This document shows, one piece after another, positions 12,721 through 24,904 of a stretch of DNA of 64,000 nt; the stretch's first letter is position 1, and the number at the start of each line of letters is the position of its first letter. The notes below the pieces were generated by a model. That model had not been told where the DNA came from. It did no database searches and saw nothing but the letters and a program-made list of their open reading frames with translations. The position numbers were made by a program, and so were the translations under genes. The DNA lies in the NCBI GenBank assembly GCA_043228905.1, contig JBHGNT010000002.1, positions 3,224,001-3,288,000 of the forward strand, in the 5' to 3' direction. The DNA is from Azolla caroliniana. Its lineage: Eukaryota; Plantae; Polypodiophyta.

Positions 12721-12966
12721 GCTAGAAGAAGACTACGACCAAGAAGCAGCAGATTACCTCAGCAACTTGATTGGAGAGGGGATTTTTATTGCCAAACTTG
12801 TAGAAAATGACACATCACATGGGAAAGTTAAAGGCCAAGGAATGGGCACAAAACTTAGTGTTATTCTGTATGACATTGAGCCATTTTAATCTGTCTTATT
12901 CTGTATGAGATTGACCCAGTTTCTGTAGGAGATTGAAGAAAAGCAGATGGGATGCCAAAGAGAAAC
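12719..12966 (+). pseudogene. Isolated fragment of a Tudor-SN (staphylococcal nuclease/Tudor) gene C-terminus
   Basis: ELEEDYDQEAADYLS...FIAKLVENDTSHGKVKGQGMGTKLSVILYD, followed by RLKKSRWDAKEK, resembles the plant TSN segment LEDDFGxEAxEYL...DTSGGKVKGQGTG...RLEKRRRW. No start and no other domains. Confidence 0.6.
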
Positions 12967-14220
12967 TAGTTGAGTCTATGATGAATACCCAATTGTTTTC
13001 AAGGGAAAGAAGGAGGTGGCGGTATTATGGGCTTTCATTATGGGTTTTGCTGTGTTCTATGGTTGTTTGATTTGTTCTATGGCTGCCTCGTCGAGATGTC
13101 TCCAAAACATCGTACATTTTCAACATATGATCCCATGGAATATAAATCAATGGTAGTGGCAAAGAAGTTAAATGGCAGAGAATGGTTCTGGTTGGACAAT
13201 GTCCCACATGTTCAAGCAAAGGTGAAAGGAAAAGAGGTGATAAAGAGGCTTATTCGTGCTAAAGTGGAGGCCTTCTCAAGGTTTATATGTGGTCTTATAG
13301 CTCGACGTAGCAATGGAATTTTCTCAAGGTTTATATGCGCTCTACTAGCAAAGGTGTTATTGGCAACAATGTAGTTTTTTTTGATAATATGTATTTGTGC
13401 AAAGGAAACAATATTATGTACTATTTGCATATTGCCTTTGGCTTTTTATTAATACTAATGGAGCATATTTTTATGGAAAGAAAGAAGTAAATAAACTATA
13501 ATTATCCTCCCAATGAAACTACAAATAATATGAATTAAGTTAATTATAATCAACATGTAACAAACACTTCAACAAAAGAGGGGCACTCTTATCTCAAATA
13601 GTGCCACTTTTCTTCTATGTTGTCAACAACTCCAACTTTCTTTACCTCACCACACTTATTCAAGAGACGACCCTAACTATCCTAAATGTTCAATCCTCTA
13701 TTGCACTCCACCTAAGTGGTGCATTTACAAGTGCAAAAGCCAAGGGGGATGTTAAATACCTACAAGATATTATTCAATTTTGTATTGCACTCCACAATTC
13801 TCCACCTAAGTTGGCGAGCCTAATAGTGCACAGGTCAACATGAGTGTTAAGTTACCTACACAAAGCACCGTTTCCAAACATTGGTACAAGATATGGTACT
13901 CTAAGGGAGGCCTTGTGTCGAGTATAAAAACCAAAGGATTAGCTTTTAGAAAGGGTTCCCCACTTTTGCACTCTCTAGACCTGGAGCTTTTATCTCCTTA
14001 TCTCTCTCAATCCTTAATCAACCATCTACGTTTGGTTCAGCAAATAACAAATTTCATCAAGCAAAAAGTTGGATTATTCAAAGAATCTGTAAGGGATATT
14101 AAGGAATGGCCTTCAAAGTTTTCTTGTAGTAGTTCCGAGATAATATTTGATATAGTTATTACATAAACACATGAAAATGAAGGGCAAAAAAAATCAAGAT
14201 AATCTGAAAATGGAGGCCCA

Positions 14221-14223
<3 letters not shown>

Positions 14224-14271
<48 letters not shown>
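14224..14271. repeat. (GA)n microsatellite (others: (GAA)/(GGAGAA) 2021-2088, (TG)(GA) 17197-17250 and 17581-17620, (ACAT)n 59948-59995)
   Basis: Direct inspection. Confidence 0.9.
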
Positions 14272-14274
<3 letters not shown>

Positions 14275-14632
14275 TGTATTATCCAAAGTTATTACTACCT
14301 TAATAACTTAACACTGTACGTGCTAAATGTAGAAACCAATGCACTGAGCTACAAAATCTTCGATATATTACTAGAAAGTATACAACAATAGCAATACGAA
14401 AGAACTCGTATTTATGTGAGGTACAATGGTATGTTACTGCTTCTAAACCAAATATGCTTACGTATACAATAGACAACATATACACAAATCTACATATGCG
14501 ACCAGCATCTTGGTTTACATACCATATCCACTAGAATGTTTATTTATAACACACACACACACATATATATATAATGCACATATACAATAAAATATAGCAT
14601 GCTTCTGACACAAAAGAGCTTGTAGCCCTCAT

Positions 14633-17195
14633 CTACACCATCACCTTAGGTACAAGGATCCTCAAAAAGCCATCACTGCATTACATTTTTGACTTGGATT
14701 AAGACCCATTAGCATTAACACACAAAAGAAAACAAATTTAACACTTTTTAGGAATCGATGATACTTGCATTAACTCAGCTGAAATTAAATGTGTTTCGCT
14801 ATCTTTCGGAATTGCCCACGAAACACCGTACGGTCCCTTTGACAATTCTTTCTGATGATAAACTTCACCTTGCTCTCGTGTAGTATGATTCCCCCACAAT
14901 TCAATATTACCTCGTACTCCAGACACCAATAACCTAAGCAAATAAGTAGGAATGATTTAATAGTCAACAATATTGTTGCAAAGGATATCGTTAGTTTTGG
15001 GATTTGACAGAATAATGGATTAATACAGTGGAAGATATCGTTATCTTTTCTTCTCTAAATTTAGATTGAGCCATTTTGAATGTTGCAACATTATACTCAA
15101 AAGCCTCTCTAACAGGTGAATGTTTAAGGATACAAATAACTATTTAGAAGCTACAAAAAGTTTGTTTTTATTCATTTTGGTGCTATGCTTAAATAGTAGA
15201 GATCCTCATGCATCGTTCTTTCTAATTTATGTAAGCCCTGTAAAATTATTCTTGTCAACAATATATATACAATATGACAACCAACTATTAAAGAGATACA
15301 TCAACCTCTTGATTACTTCTCTATTAGTCATTCGCGTCTATCTTAAGCTGAATTAATGTCTATTACATGCTACTTAAGTACCCAGCATAGCAAACATTCT
15401 CCTCTAATTACCTATCATTGTTAACCTCGACTCGTATCTCATCGGCATTAACACCAGGTAGCTCAACAATAACATTATATGCCAATCTTGATTCGGCAAC
15501 ATCCATGCGAGGAATCCATTTGGAAACTGAAAAAGAGAATAAAATATGGATGTTGGAAGTCTTATGCATAAGTTTAGCTTTGGTTGAAAATGATATCTTT
15601 ATTTATTTATTTTGTATCCATCCATATACTACTTTTGTTTTTGTTGATGAATCCACGCATCTGTTGAGAATTTCTGGCGAAAAGGGGTTCATTAGAAGAC
15701 GATTCTTTCCCTTCCTTCTGGTTTGTTGGCCTACTAAAAAGAGGATTTTCTTCATGATGCGAACTCTCTATCTTATGTTGAGTCAGTTTAGATACTGATG
15801 ATTCCTCATCCATTATTTCCTACCACAAGATAATAAATCAAAGTGGTAATTATAACCTCCAATTTCCGACTTTACACAAAACCACAAATAAATAAATGGA
15901 TAGATCTCCTTTATATACCTGAGAGATCATGCTTTTCATCGCATCGGATTCCAAGATATGACTAGATTGCCTTGCATACAAAAGCCTATTATCTTTCCTC
16001 ACACCTGGTTGAATGCCTGAGCTAGAAACGCAAGCTTTGGAAACCATCTACAGATAAACACACATTCCAGGATTTGGATTAGAGAAAATATTCCAAGGAT
16101 ATTTCTGTACGACATGGGGAAAAACTTCAAAAATATCCTGAGTTTTTCTTATATTTCTTGAGCTGCACCGCAGTATTCATTATTTCATCAAATGCCCTTG
16201 GTCATCCCTCAAAAGCAGGAATTATATGGCCAATTCATCCCTTTTTCCATAATTAAATGGGGTATTTCAGTATTTATACGGTCAATACATACCATTTTTT
16301 CTCTCGCTGTCCAACGTTATAAAAGAAAGCACAATAATGGAAGCTCATGCACATTTGAGGAAGCAAAAGAAAAAAAGGTATTTCCAATATCTTTTCCGTA
16401 GTATATACTACCTGAGGTTCTGTAGACGCACTGGAATGGAGGGAGAAATGATGGATCTGTCGTCCATACATAACTCTAGCATCTTTCCTAGAAGAATTTG
16501 CTCTATTACTGCATACCTGAAATTAGGAAAATTTACTGCTTAGTGCCTAATGATATAAATGGAAGTTTCGAATACATACATGTGAGAGATTAACTACCAG
16601 ATACTCATTGAGATCAAAATGAACATGAATTTGAAAAAGCGAAGGAAAAAGATTCATCAAAACATCCCCAGATTTTTGGACAATTACCAGAATACCCCGA
16701 TGTTTTCTGGAATAACCAGAATACACCTTTTGTACAGTACACCAGTTTCCAGTGTTGGGAAGAAAATCAAAGAATGGGTTAATTTTTGTTGCTTAATCAT
16801 TACTTGATACAAGCAGTCAACCCCACGAATTTCAGCACTTTTTCAAAGATTACAATAGCATTAAGAGGCCTTGGTATATGCGTATGCATGCCGAAGTATA
16901 TATTATGCATATGTATACGAACATGTATATACACATACAAATAAACATACGTACAAGTATATGTGTATGGAAGTAAAGCAAAAAAAGTAGATTAATATCA
17001 GAGATTTTGACAGGAGAATCTACTTCCTCTTCCTCTTCCACGGAAACTATACGCTTCTTGTTCACGTCTCACAATCGAAGATGCTCAATTGTTTCATAAT
17101 ATGACATGATATGCTCATACCCAAACTCTGTTTCTGTTTTCATCACATCTCTTAAGCACAAGTATAAAATCAATCCTCAACAAGCATATGACAGA

Positions 17196-17234
<39 letters not shown>

Positions 17235-17357
17235 AGAGAGAGAGAGAGAGCATACCAAGGTAGATAAATTAGAAGGACAAGAGGTACTCTGTGCTGGTAT
17301 GAGGTGATGGGCGATTCGTTCCACTCTTCTGGAAGCAACATCTTCAAAGGTCGCCAT
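14633..17357 (-). CDS. Alpha-crystallin-domain (sHSP/HSP20) protein of the ACD32.1/ACD31.2 type; 6 exons: 17357-17256, 16047-15919, 15819-15630, 15526-15412, 14933-14769, 14675-14633
   Basis: N-terminal ASRRVERIAHHL, RKDNRLLYARQ and PLFSRP motifs. ACD core WIPRMDVAES...VELPGVNADEIRVEV...LLVSG...YHQKELSKGPYGVSWAIP...ISAELIDGFLRILVPK. Phases are consistent if the last intron is GC-AG. The exon-3 donor could shift by 3 nt. Confidence 0.82.
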
Positions 17358-17579
17358 GGGAGCTGCAAAGTGCAGAGTGAAGAAGGAAAAAAAACAAAGA
17401 AGCAGGGGAAGGGAGGGGCAACAGGGGATCTTTAGACTATGATATTTTGGTGTGAAGCTTTTAAAGAGAGAAGAGTTCCACGTACACACAAAATGAAGTA
17501 ATGAAATCCCAAACACACAAAAATAAAATCTCTTAAAACCACAATGAAAATCAATCAAGAATCAAATGAGGAGCTTATC

Positions 17580-17621
<42 letters not shown>

Positions 17622-17670
17622 ATCCAATTTCCTCTCACTTCTCTATTACTCCATAGATATCTATTCACTA

Positions 17671-17740
17671 TGGAATGTAGGGGTTGAACCCATGACCTCC
17701 TGGTCTCCATTGGACAACCTTACCAACTAAACTACATCTA
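17671..17740 (-). other. Degenerate tRNA-derived sequence (pseudo-tRNA or SINE head)
   Basis: Minus strand has an A-box-like TAGTTTAGTTGGTAAG and a B-box-like GGTTCAACCCC at tRNA spacing. The anticodon arm does not fold cleanly. Confidence 0.45.
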
Positions 17741-18289
17741 TATAGGCCCAATTGATAAGGTTGCCCAATAGAGACAAGGAGAATCTGTGTGTGTGTGCGC
17801 GCGCGCAAGAGAGAGAGAGAGAGACATTGTGTGTGTGTGTGTCTTCTAAGGCCAAAATTGACCCATGGGACAAATGGTTTATAACCAAAAATGGGATATT
17901 TACCCATTCATCGAAAGTAAAAAATAAAAATAAAAATAGAGTTTTAAGCCAAATAGTTCTAGTAAAATAAAATAACGAACATGTTCTACGATGAAAATGA
18001 TGTTATATTTGGCCAAATTTCATTTCCATCCAAGTCTCTTGAAGAGAAGCAGGAGGTCAAAGGGTTTCGATGTGGATGTGGCCCGTGGCCCCAATGTAAA
18101 AGGTACCCCAACCATAGCTTCTAGTCGACGTAGCTCACATTCCCTTATCTTCTTAATCATCTCTACTCCGTGTCAACTTGTTTTGAAGCCCAACATCTGA
18201 GGGTGTTTGGTTGTTCTTTGCGTTTCGGCTTCCTCAAGAGAGAGGCCGAGCGGTGTAAGTGTATCCACATTCATCGTCTCCCCTTGTTC

Positions 18290-19060
18290 CTAAAAGATTA
18301 CACTAGTTACAAGTTGATGAATAGTAAAAGGGTTATGGTTAACACTTTGTAATTTATTCTCCCTGTGTTGTTTCGGCTCTAAGATATACCTACCTAGTCG
18401 CTTTACATCCAGGGTATCTAATAGTTTGGAGAGGGTAGGAGAGGGTCCTAATATGTCTTTGTATTCCACTCGTATCTCGACATAAGTTGGGCACTTGCAT
18501 GTGATGTGATACTCATCCTCTATCTCTATGTGGCACAACCTACATAGCCTTTCCTCCCTAGGGACTCTATTAGCCCGACCATTCTCAATCTCAAGTTGGT
18601 GAGATGATATCCTAAGTTGTCCAATGGCAACCCTTAGTGCATTTGATAGAATGTATCTAGATATCTTGGTCGTGTAATAAAACCTAACTGAGAGAAGTGC
18701 AATAAGTGTTCCTTTTAGTACAACATTTTAGATGGGAGTGGCTCTCGTGGGGTGATCCATTTATATCGAGTGTAAATTTGCCATATTTCTTGGCATATCA
18801 CTTTATTACGGTCTTCATGAGATATTAGATTTTGGTCAGTCCCATGGTTGTACTTAAGTGGGGGTAGGTTATTAATGTCTATGTTGTTTGCAAGTAACCA
18901 ACTCACCACAGTGCTAGACCAAGAGCTAGTGTCTCCAAACGCATGTAGGGATTGAGATACCTCAAAGGCTCGACGGGATATCCTATCTTGTGGTTGGCTA
19001 TGTATCCGATGAACAAAAACTACCGCTTGAAATAGTGCTTCTACTAACATCGAGGGCAGA
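18290..19060 (-). mobile_element. 5'-truncated non-LTR retrotransposon (LINE) ORF2 3' fragment
   Basis: RVAIGQLRISSHQLEIENGR...REERLCRLCHIEIEDEYHITCKCPTY is the typical C-terminal CCHC region of LINE ORF2. The frame is broken. Confidence 0.75.
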
Positions 19061-19414
19061 TTGAACTCTGCGCTAAAAATGTCCTACGGTACTGTCAATT
19101 TGCTTCAGAGAGAGAGAGAGAGAGAGAAAGTGGCCTTTTCACACCATCGTGTCATCTGGGCGGTGTCGCCAACCATATTACCTCTTTGTAGAAACCTTTT
19201 CTATCGTTGCTTGCCATTCGACTACACAACATCACAACACGCTTGATGGGTTTTGAAATGGCCATGTCCCACACATATGCACCTTGCTATGGTTCGGATC
19301 CTTCAAATAACAACTATATAATGCAATGAGGATCACACCGATGTGAGACCGAAAGAGATGGAAGATTGCGGCGGGAGCACAACAAGGAGAGCAACGATGA
19401 GTACGGGAGAAGTA

Positions 19415-20114
19415 TGTTGGGATTTCGGTCCCTCCGGATGGGATGTCCGGAGATGAATGACGGCAAGCCCGGTTGCAGTTACGGAGCCGGATGATGAAGA
19501 CCCCGGTTACGGAACCGGATGATGAAGACCCCGGTTACGGAACCGGATGATGAAGACCCCGGTTACGGAACCGGATGATGAAGACCCCGGTTACGGAGCC
19601 GGATGATGAAGACCCCGGTTACGGAGCCGGATGATGAAGACCCCGGTTACGGAACCGGATGATGAATGTACCCGGAGAGAGATCCGGATGCGGAGACATA
19701 TTTGTGAATATGTTTGCCAAGAGCCCTTGAGGCTATATTTGTAAATAGCCCGAAAGTCATATGTGTATAAATATGACTTAGGGCAAACAGTTTTATGTTG
19801 TCGCTCATTTTTCATGAGAAGTGAGAGCAGCCGAGAGAGAGAGTGAGAGACGAAGAGGTCGTTGCCTCTGTGTATTACCGCCGCCTGTGGCGAAGACAGT
19901 GAGCTCAAGGTTGTTGCCTTGTAGCTTCACCAGTGTACATCCCTGTTCATAGTGATAGTTGGAGTTTGAGGACTCCCGTGGTTTTTCCCATTTAGGGTTT
20001 TCCACGTAAAACATCCAGTGTACCTTTCTCTCTATTGTTTTGTGCATTTTCTATTTCCTGTTTTCTGTGAGTTGATCCCATTCCTCGGTTGTGGCCGAGC
20101 ACTGTTTTTCTACA
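19415..20114 (+). repeat. 5' LTR (700 bp) with internal 28-bp tandem array (6 full units + 1 partial)
   Basis: Unit gttacgga(a/g)ccggatgatgaagaccccg at 19478-19666. Confidence 0.95.
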
Positions 20115-20146
20115 AACTGGTATCAGAGCGACGGTAACACAGAAAA

Positions 20147-23100
20147 TGGAAGGCGGCGGTAGTGGGCCTCCGGGCATGATGGTGCTGAACGCGCAGAACT
20201 ACGCCGACTGGAAGATAAAGATGGAGGATCTGCTCATTGTTCGGGACCTGTATGAACCGATCGACAGGTCGGAAATACCCAAGGGGGTACTTGAGTCGGA
20301 GTGGAAGCTCCTGAACCGGAAAGCCGTAGCGACGATCCGACAATATGTCGATGTAAGCGTCCTACAACATGTGGCGAACGACACCAACGCATATGAGATG
20401 TGGAAGAAGCTGTCGGGCCTCTACGAGAGGAAGAACGCGTTGAACCGGACCTCCCTGATGAGGAAGATAGTGAACCTCAAGTACCGGGACGGCGAGAGTA
20501 TGGTGGAACACGTAAGCACGTTCATGGGATTCGTGAACCAGCTTGCGGCGATCAAGTTCCCGTTGGAGGATGCAATGCAAGCCATCATCCTGATGTGTAC
20601 ATTGCCGGAAAGCTGGGAGAACTTGGTGGTGACTCTCAGCACCTCCTGCACGGAAGATAACTTGTCCCTACAAACGGTAAAGACAAGTATTTTGAACGAA
20701 GAAGCGCGTCGGAGAGATAAAGAACCGGTCTCCGACTCGAAGGCGCTGCTTACCGAATCGGATCGGGGAAGACAATGGCACCGGAGTCCGCAAAGACGAG
20801 AGAAGTCGGGGACCCGGTCGCAGTCAAGAGGAAGGCCCACATGCTTCCACTGTGGGAAGCCGGGGCACTTCCGGAAGAATTGTCGGCATTACCGAAAGGA
20901 CAACGGAGCCGACGACACCGATTCGAAGAAGTCACCGGAGAGAAACGGTGCATACCGGGGAGCCACGGACCGGAGAGGTTCGGATCGGCGAGGGCAGGAC
21001 CGGAAAGGAACAACGGCACTCGCGGCAAGTGAGGAAGAAATCATGCTCATCACCGAAGAAGGTGAACTAAACGTTGCCGGCGATGAGACGACCTGGGTGG
21101 TCGATTCCGGAGCATCGTTCCACCTGACCCCGGAGAGAAGATACTTCTCATCCTACACAGCCGGTGAGCATGGCTGTGTTCGGATGGGGAATGAAGGCAC
21201 GTGCCGGATTGCCGGCATAGGAGACGTGTGGTTGACAACCCCGACCGGATGCAAAATGCTGCTGAAGGATGTTCGACACGTTCCGGAGGTTCGATTGAAC
21301 CTGATTTCGGCCGGGAGGCTAGACGATGAAGGCTACACGGGTAGCATCCGGAACGGTGTCATGAAGTTCAGCAAAGGGAGCCTGATAGTGGCTCGGGCCC
21401 GGAAGGTCAACACCCTGTACCTGATGAATTCCCGGCTCTGTCCGGAGGAGCTGAACGTGGCAGCCGACACTGCCGGTGAGCTGTGGCACAAGAGACTGTG
21501 CCACATGAGTGAGAAGGGGATGAAGAGGCTTGCAGAAGACAACCTTATTCCAGTGAAGCATGTGCACCTGGAGAAGTGCACCGACTGCCTGGCCGGTAAG
21601 CAAAACCGGACCTCCTTCCACTCAAGGCCACCGACGAGACGTAGCGCACCATTGGAGCTGGTGCACACTGATGTGTGTCAGGTAGAAACGAAGTCACATG
21701 GCGGAGCCCAGTACTTCGTGACATTCATTGATGACCACAGCCGGAAGCTGTGGACGGCACCGTTGAAGACAAAGGACCAAGTGTTGTCCGTCTTCAAAGA
21801 ACTCCACGCGAGAGTGGAAAGGGAATCCGGCAAGAAGCTGAAAGCGATACGAGCGGATAACGGAGGGGAATACCGGGGGCAGTTCCAGGAGTACTGTCGC
21901 TCGAAGGGAATCCGGCTCGAGTTTACTGTGCCGAAGACGCCGGAACTGAACGGGCTGGCCGAGAGGATGAACCGGACCATAATGGAGAGGGTCCGGAGTA
22001 TGCTGGCGCATGCGAAATTACCCAAGGGGTTTTGGGCTGAGGCGATGTCGACGGCGACATACGTGATAAACAGATCACCCTCAGTACCTTTGGACGGAGA
22101 CACGCCGCAGAGAGTGTGGACCGGTAGGGAAGTATCCTACCGGCATCTGAAGGTGTTCGGGTGTCTCGCATACGTGCATGTGGCAAAGGACCGGAGAGGA
22201 AAGCTAGATCCAAAGACCCGGCCATGCATATTCCTCGGTTACGGTGACGACGAGTTCGGCTACCGAGTATGGGACCCGGTAGACAAGAAGATATTCAGGA
22301 GTCGAGACATCATCTTCATGGAGGACAAGACACTCGCCGACTGGGAGTCGGAGAAGAAGATGAAGAGCTCCAAGTCGATCGGTGAGGATCAACTCTACGA
22401 GGAGCAGTCCCGACCGGCAAGGGACCGGTTAACACTCGAGGATCCGGCCGAAGACGGTGAAGAAACAGAACCGGCCGAAGAAGATGAAAATGATACCGGA
22501 ACCGGCCCCGATCCCGAAATGGATTCGGATGAAGAAGAAGAATCGGAAGAACCGGTTACCGAAGCTCCCGAACGGAGATATCCTCTAAGAGAGAGAAGGG
22601 CCCCTCGGAGATTTCCGGAACCAGAGCACGTGCTGCTAACCGACGAGGGGGAGCCGGAGAGCTTTGAAGAAGCAAAGCACGACACCCAGAGCCGCAAGTG
22701 GTTGAGTGCCATGCAGGACGAGATGGATTCCCTGCATGAGAACCACACATATGAACTTATGGAGTTGCCGAAAGGAAAGCGGGCACTTCGAAACAAGTGG
22801 GTGTTCAAGCTGAAACCGGGAGATGCCGGAAACCCCCCGAGATACAAAGCCAGGATCGTGGTGAAGGGGTTTCAGCAGAAGAAGGGCGTCGACTTCGACG
22901 AGATATTTGCCCCGGTAGTGAAGATGACCTCCATCCGGACGGTGCTGAGCATAGCGGCAAGTATGGACCTCGAGGTAGAACAGATGGACGTGAAGACGGC
23001 ATTCCTTCACGGTGACCTCGAAGAAGAGATCTACATGCAGCAACCGGAAGGATTCGAGAAGAAAGGGAAGGAGCACCTGGTATGCCGGTTGAAGAAGAGC

Positions 23101-24222
23101 CTTTACGGACTGAAGCAGGCTCCCCGGCAATGGTACCGGTAGTTCGACTCCTTCATGACCGACGAAGGGTACCACAAAACGCAGTCTGATCACTGCGTGT
23201 TTGTGAAGAAGTTCGAAGGAGGAGACTCTCTAATACTCCTCCTGTACGTGGACGACATGTTGATCGTCGGACGGGACCAGGTCAAGATACGGATGCTGAA
23301 GAAGGCTCTTCACCGAACCTTCTCAATGAAGGACTTGGGTCCGGCGAGACAAATACTAGGGATGCACATCATCCGGGACCGGAGCAAGAAGCAGTTGTGG
23401 CTGTCACAGGAGAAGTACGTGACAAAGGTGCTTCAACGGTTCAACATGTCGGAAGCAAGACCGGTCGGATCAACCCTCCCGGCAAACTGCAAGCTGTCCA
23501 GCAAGCAAAGCCCCAGGACAAAGGCTGAGAAAGAGGACATGATGAAAGTACCATATGCCTCTGCTGTCGGAAGCTTGATGTACGCAATGGTGTGTACAAG
23601 ACCAGACATTGGATACGCAGTCGGAGTGGTGAGCCGGTACATGAGCAATCCCGGCAAAGAGCATTGGAACGCGGTCAAGTGGATACTCCGATACCTGAAG
23701 GGCACGGCAAACGTGTGCCTCCGATTCGGCTCCGGTAAGCCCGAACTCGACGGCTTCACCGATTCGGATATGTCGGCTGATGCAGATACCAGCCGGTCCA
23801 CATCAGGGTATGTGATGACCTATGCAGGGGGAGCCGTTTCGTGGCAGTCGAGGCTGCAGAAGACGGTTGCGTTGTCAACCACGGAGGCGGAGTACATGGC
23901 AGCTGTTGAAGCCGGCAAGGAAATAATATGGATGAAGGACTTCATTAGAGAGCTCGGTATCCAGCAGGAGGAGTACCGACTCTACTGCGACAGTCAGAGT
24001 GCCATCCACCTTGCGAAGAACGCGGCTTATCACTCCCGGACGAAGCACATCCAGCGAAGATATCACTGGATCCGGGAAAGGATAGAAGACAAGGAGTTCG
24101 AGCTGACGAAGGTCCACACGGACGAGAACGGGTCGGATATGCTGACCAAGGTGCTCACACCCGACAAGCTAGAAGCATGCCGGAAGAGGATCGGACTGGA
24201 GAGACATCCCATGCCGAAGTGA
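20147..24222 (+). pseudogene. Copia gag-pol polyprotein (gag, CCHC knuckle, protease, integrase, RT, RNase H) interrupted by one in-frame TAG at 23140-23142
   Basis: [88 protein letters not shown]. Both ORF halves are in the same frame. Confidence 0.93.
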
Positions 24223-24232
24223 AGGGGGAGTT

Positions 24233-24904
24233 TGTTGGGATTTCGGTCCCTCCGGATGGGATGTCCGGAGATGAATGACGGCAAGCCCGGTTGCAGTTAC
24301 GGAGCCGGATGATGAAGACCCCGGTTACGGAACCGGATGATGAAGACCCCGGTTACGGAACCGGATGATGAAGACCCCGGTTACGGAGCCGGATGATGAA
24401 GACCCCGGTTACGGAGCCGGATGATGAAGACCCCGGTTACGGAACCGGATGATGAATGTACCCGGAGAGAGATCCGGATGCGGAGACATATTTGTGAATA
24501 TGTTTGCCAAGAGCCCTTGAGGCTATATTTGTAAATAGCCCGAAAGTCATATGTGTATAAATATGACTTAGGGCAAACAGTTTTATGTTGTCGCTCATTT
24601 TTCATGAGAAGTGAGAGCAGCCGAGAGAGAGAGTGAGAGACGAAGAGGTCGTTGCCTCTGTGTATTACCGCCGCCTGTGGCGAAGACAGTGAGCTCAAGG
24701 TTGTTGCCTTGTAGCTTCACCAGTGTACATCCCTGTTCATAGTGATAGTTGGAGTTTGAGGACTCCCGTGGTTTTTCCCATTTAGGGTTTTCCACGTAAA
24801 ACATCCAGTGTACCTTTCTCTCTATTGTTTTGTGCATTTTCTATTTCCTGTTTTCTGTGAGTTGATCCCATTCCTCGGTTGTGGCCGAGCACTGTTTTTC
24901 TACA
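24233..24904 (+). repeat. 3' LTR (672 bp), one 28-bp unit shorter than the 5' LTR
   Basis: Otherwise identical to the 5' LTR by eye. Confidence 0.95.

Larger units (their letters stand above)
19415..24904 (+). mobile_element. Full-length Ty1/Copia LTR retrotransposon, very recent insertion
   Basis: TG...CA LTRs at 19415-20114 and 24233-24904. 5-bp TSD AAGTA at 19410-19414 and 24905-24909. PBS TGGTATCAGAGC (tRNA-iMet) at 20118-20129. PPT GAAGGGGGAG at 24221-24230. Confidence 0.97.

Noticed and set aside
13601-14166. Two consecutive plus-strand ORFs
   Set aside because: No recognisable domain; probably decayed repeat DNA.
19478-19666. 28-bp repeats resembling a CRISPR array
   Set aside because: Units are head-to-tail with no spacers, lie inside LTRs, and there are no cas genes in this eukaryotic context.
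23140-23150. Programmed stop-codon readthrough in Copia pol
   Set aside because: The context TAG-TTC-GAC matches no known readthrough signal, the stop is mid-RT rather than at the gag/pol junction, and a single AAG-to-TAG change explains it.
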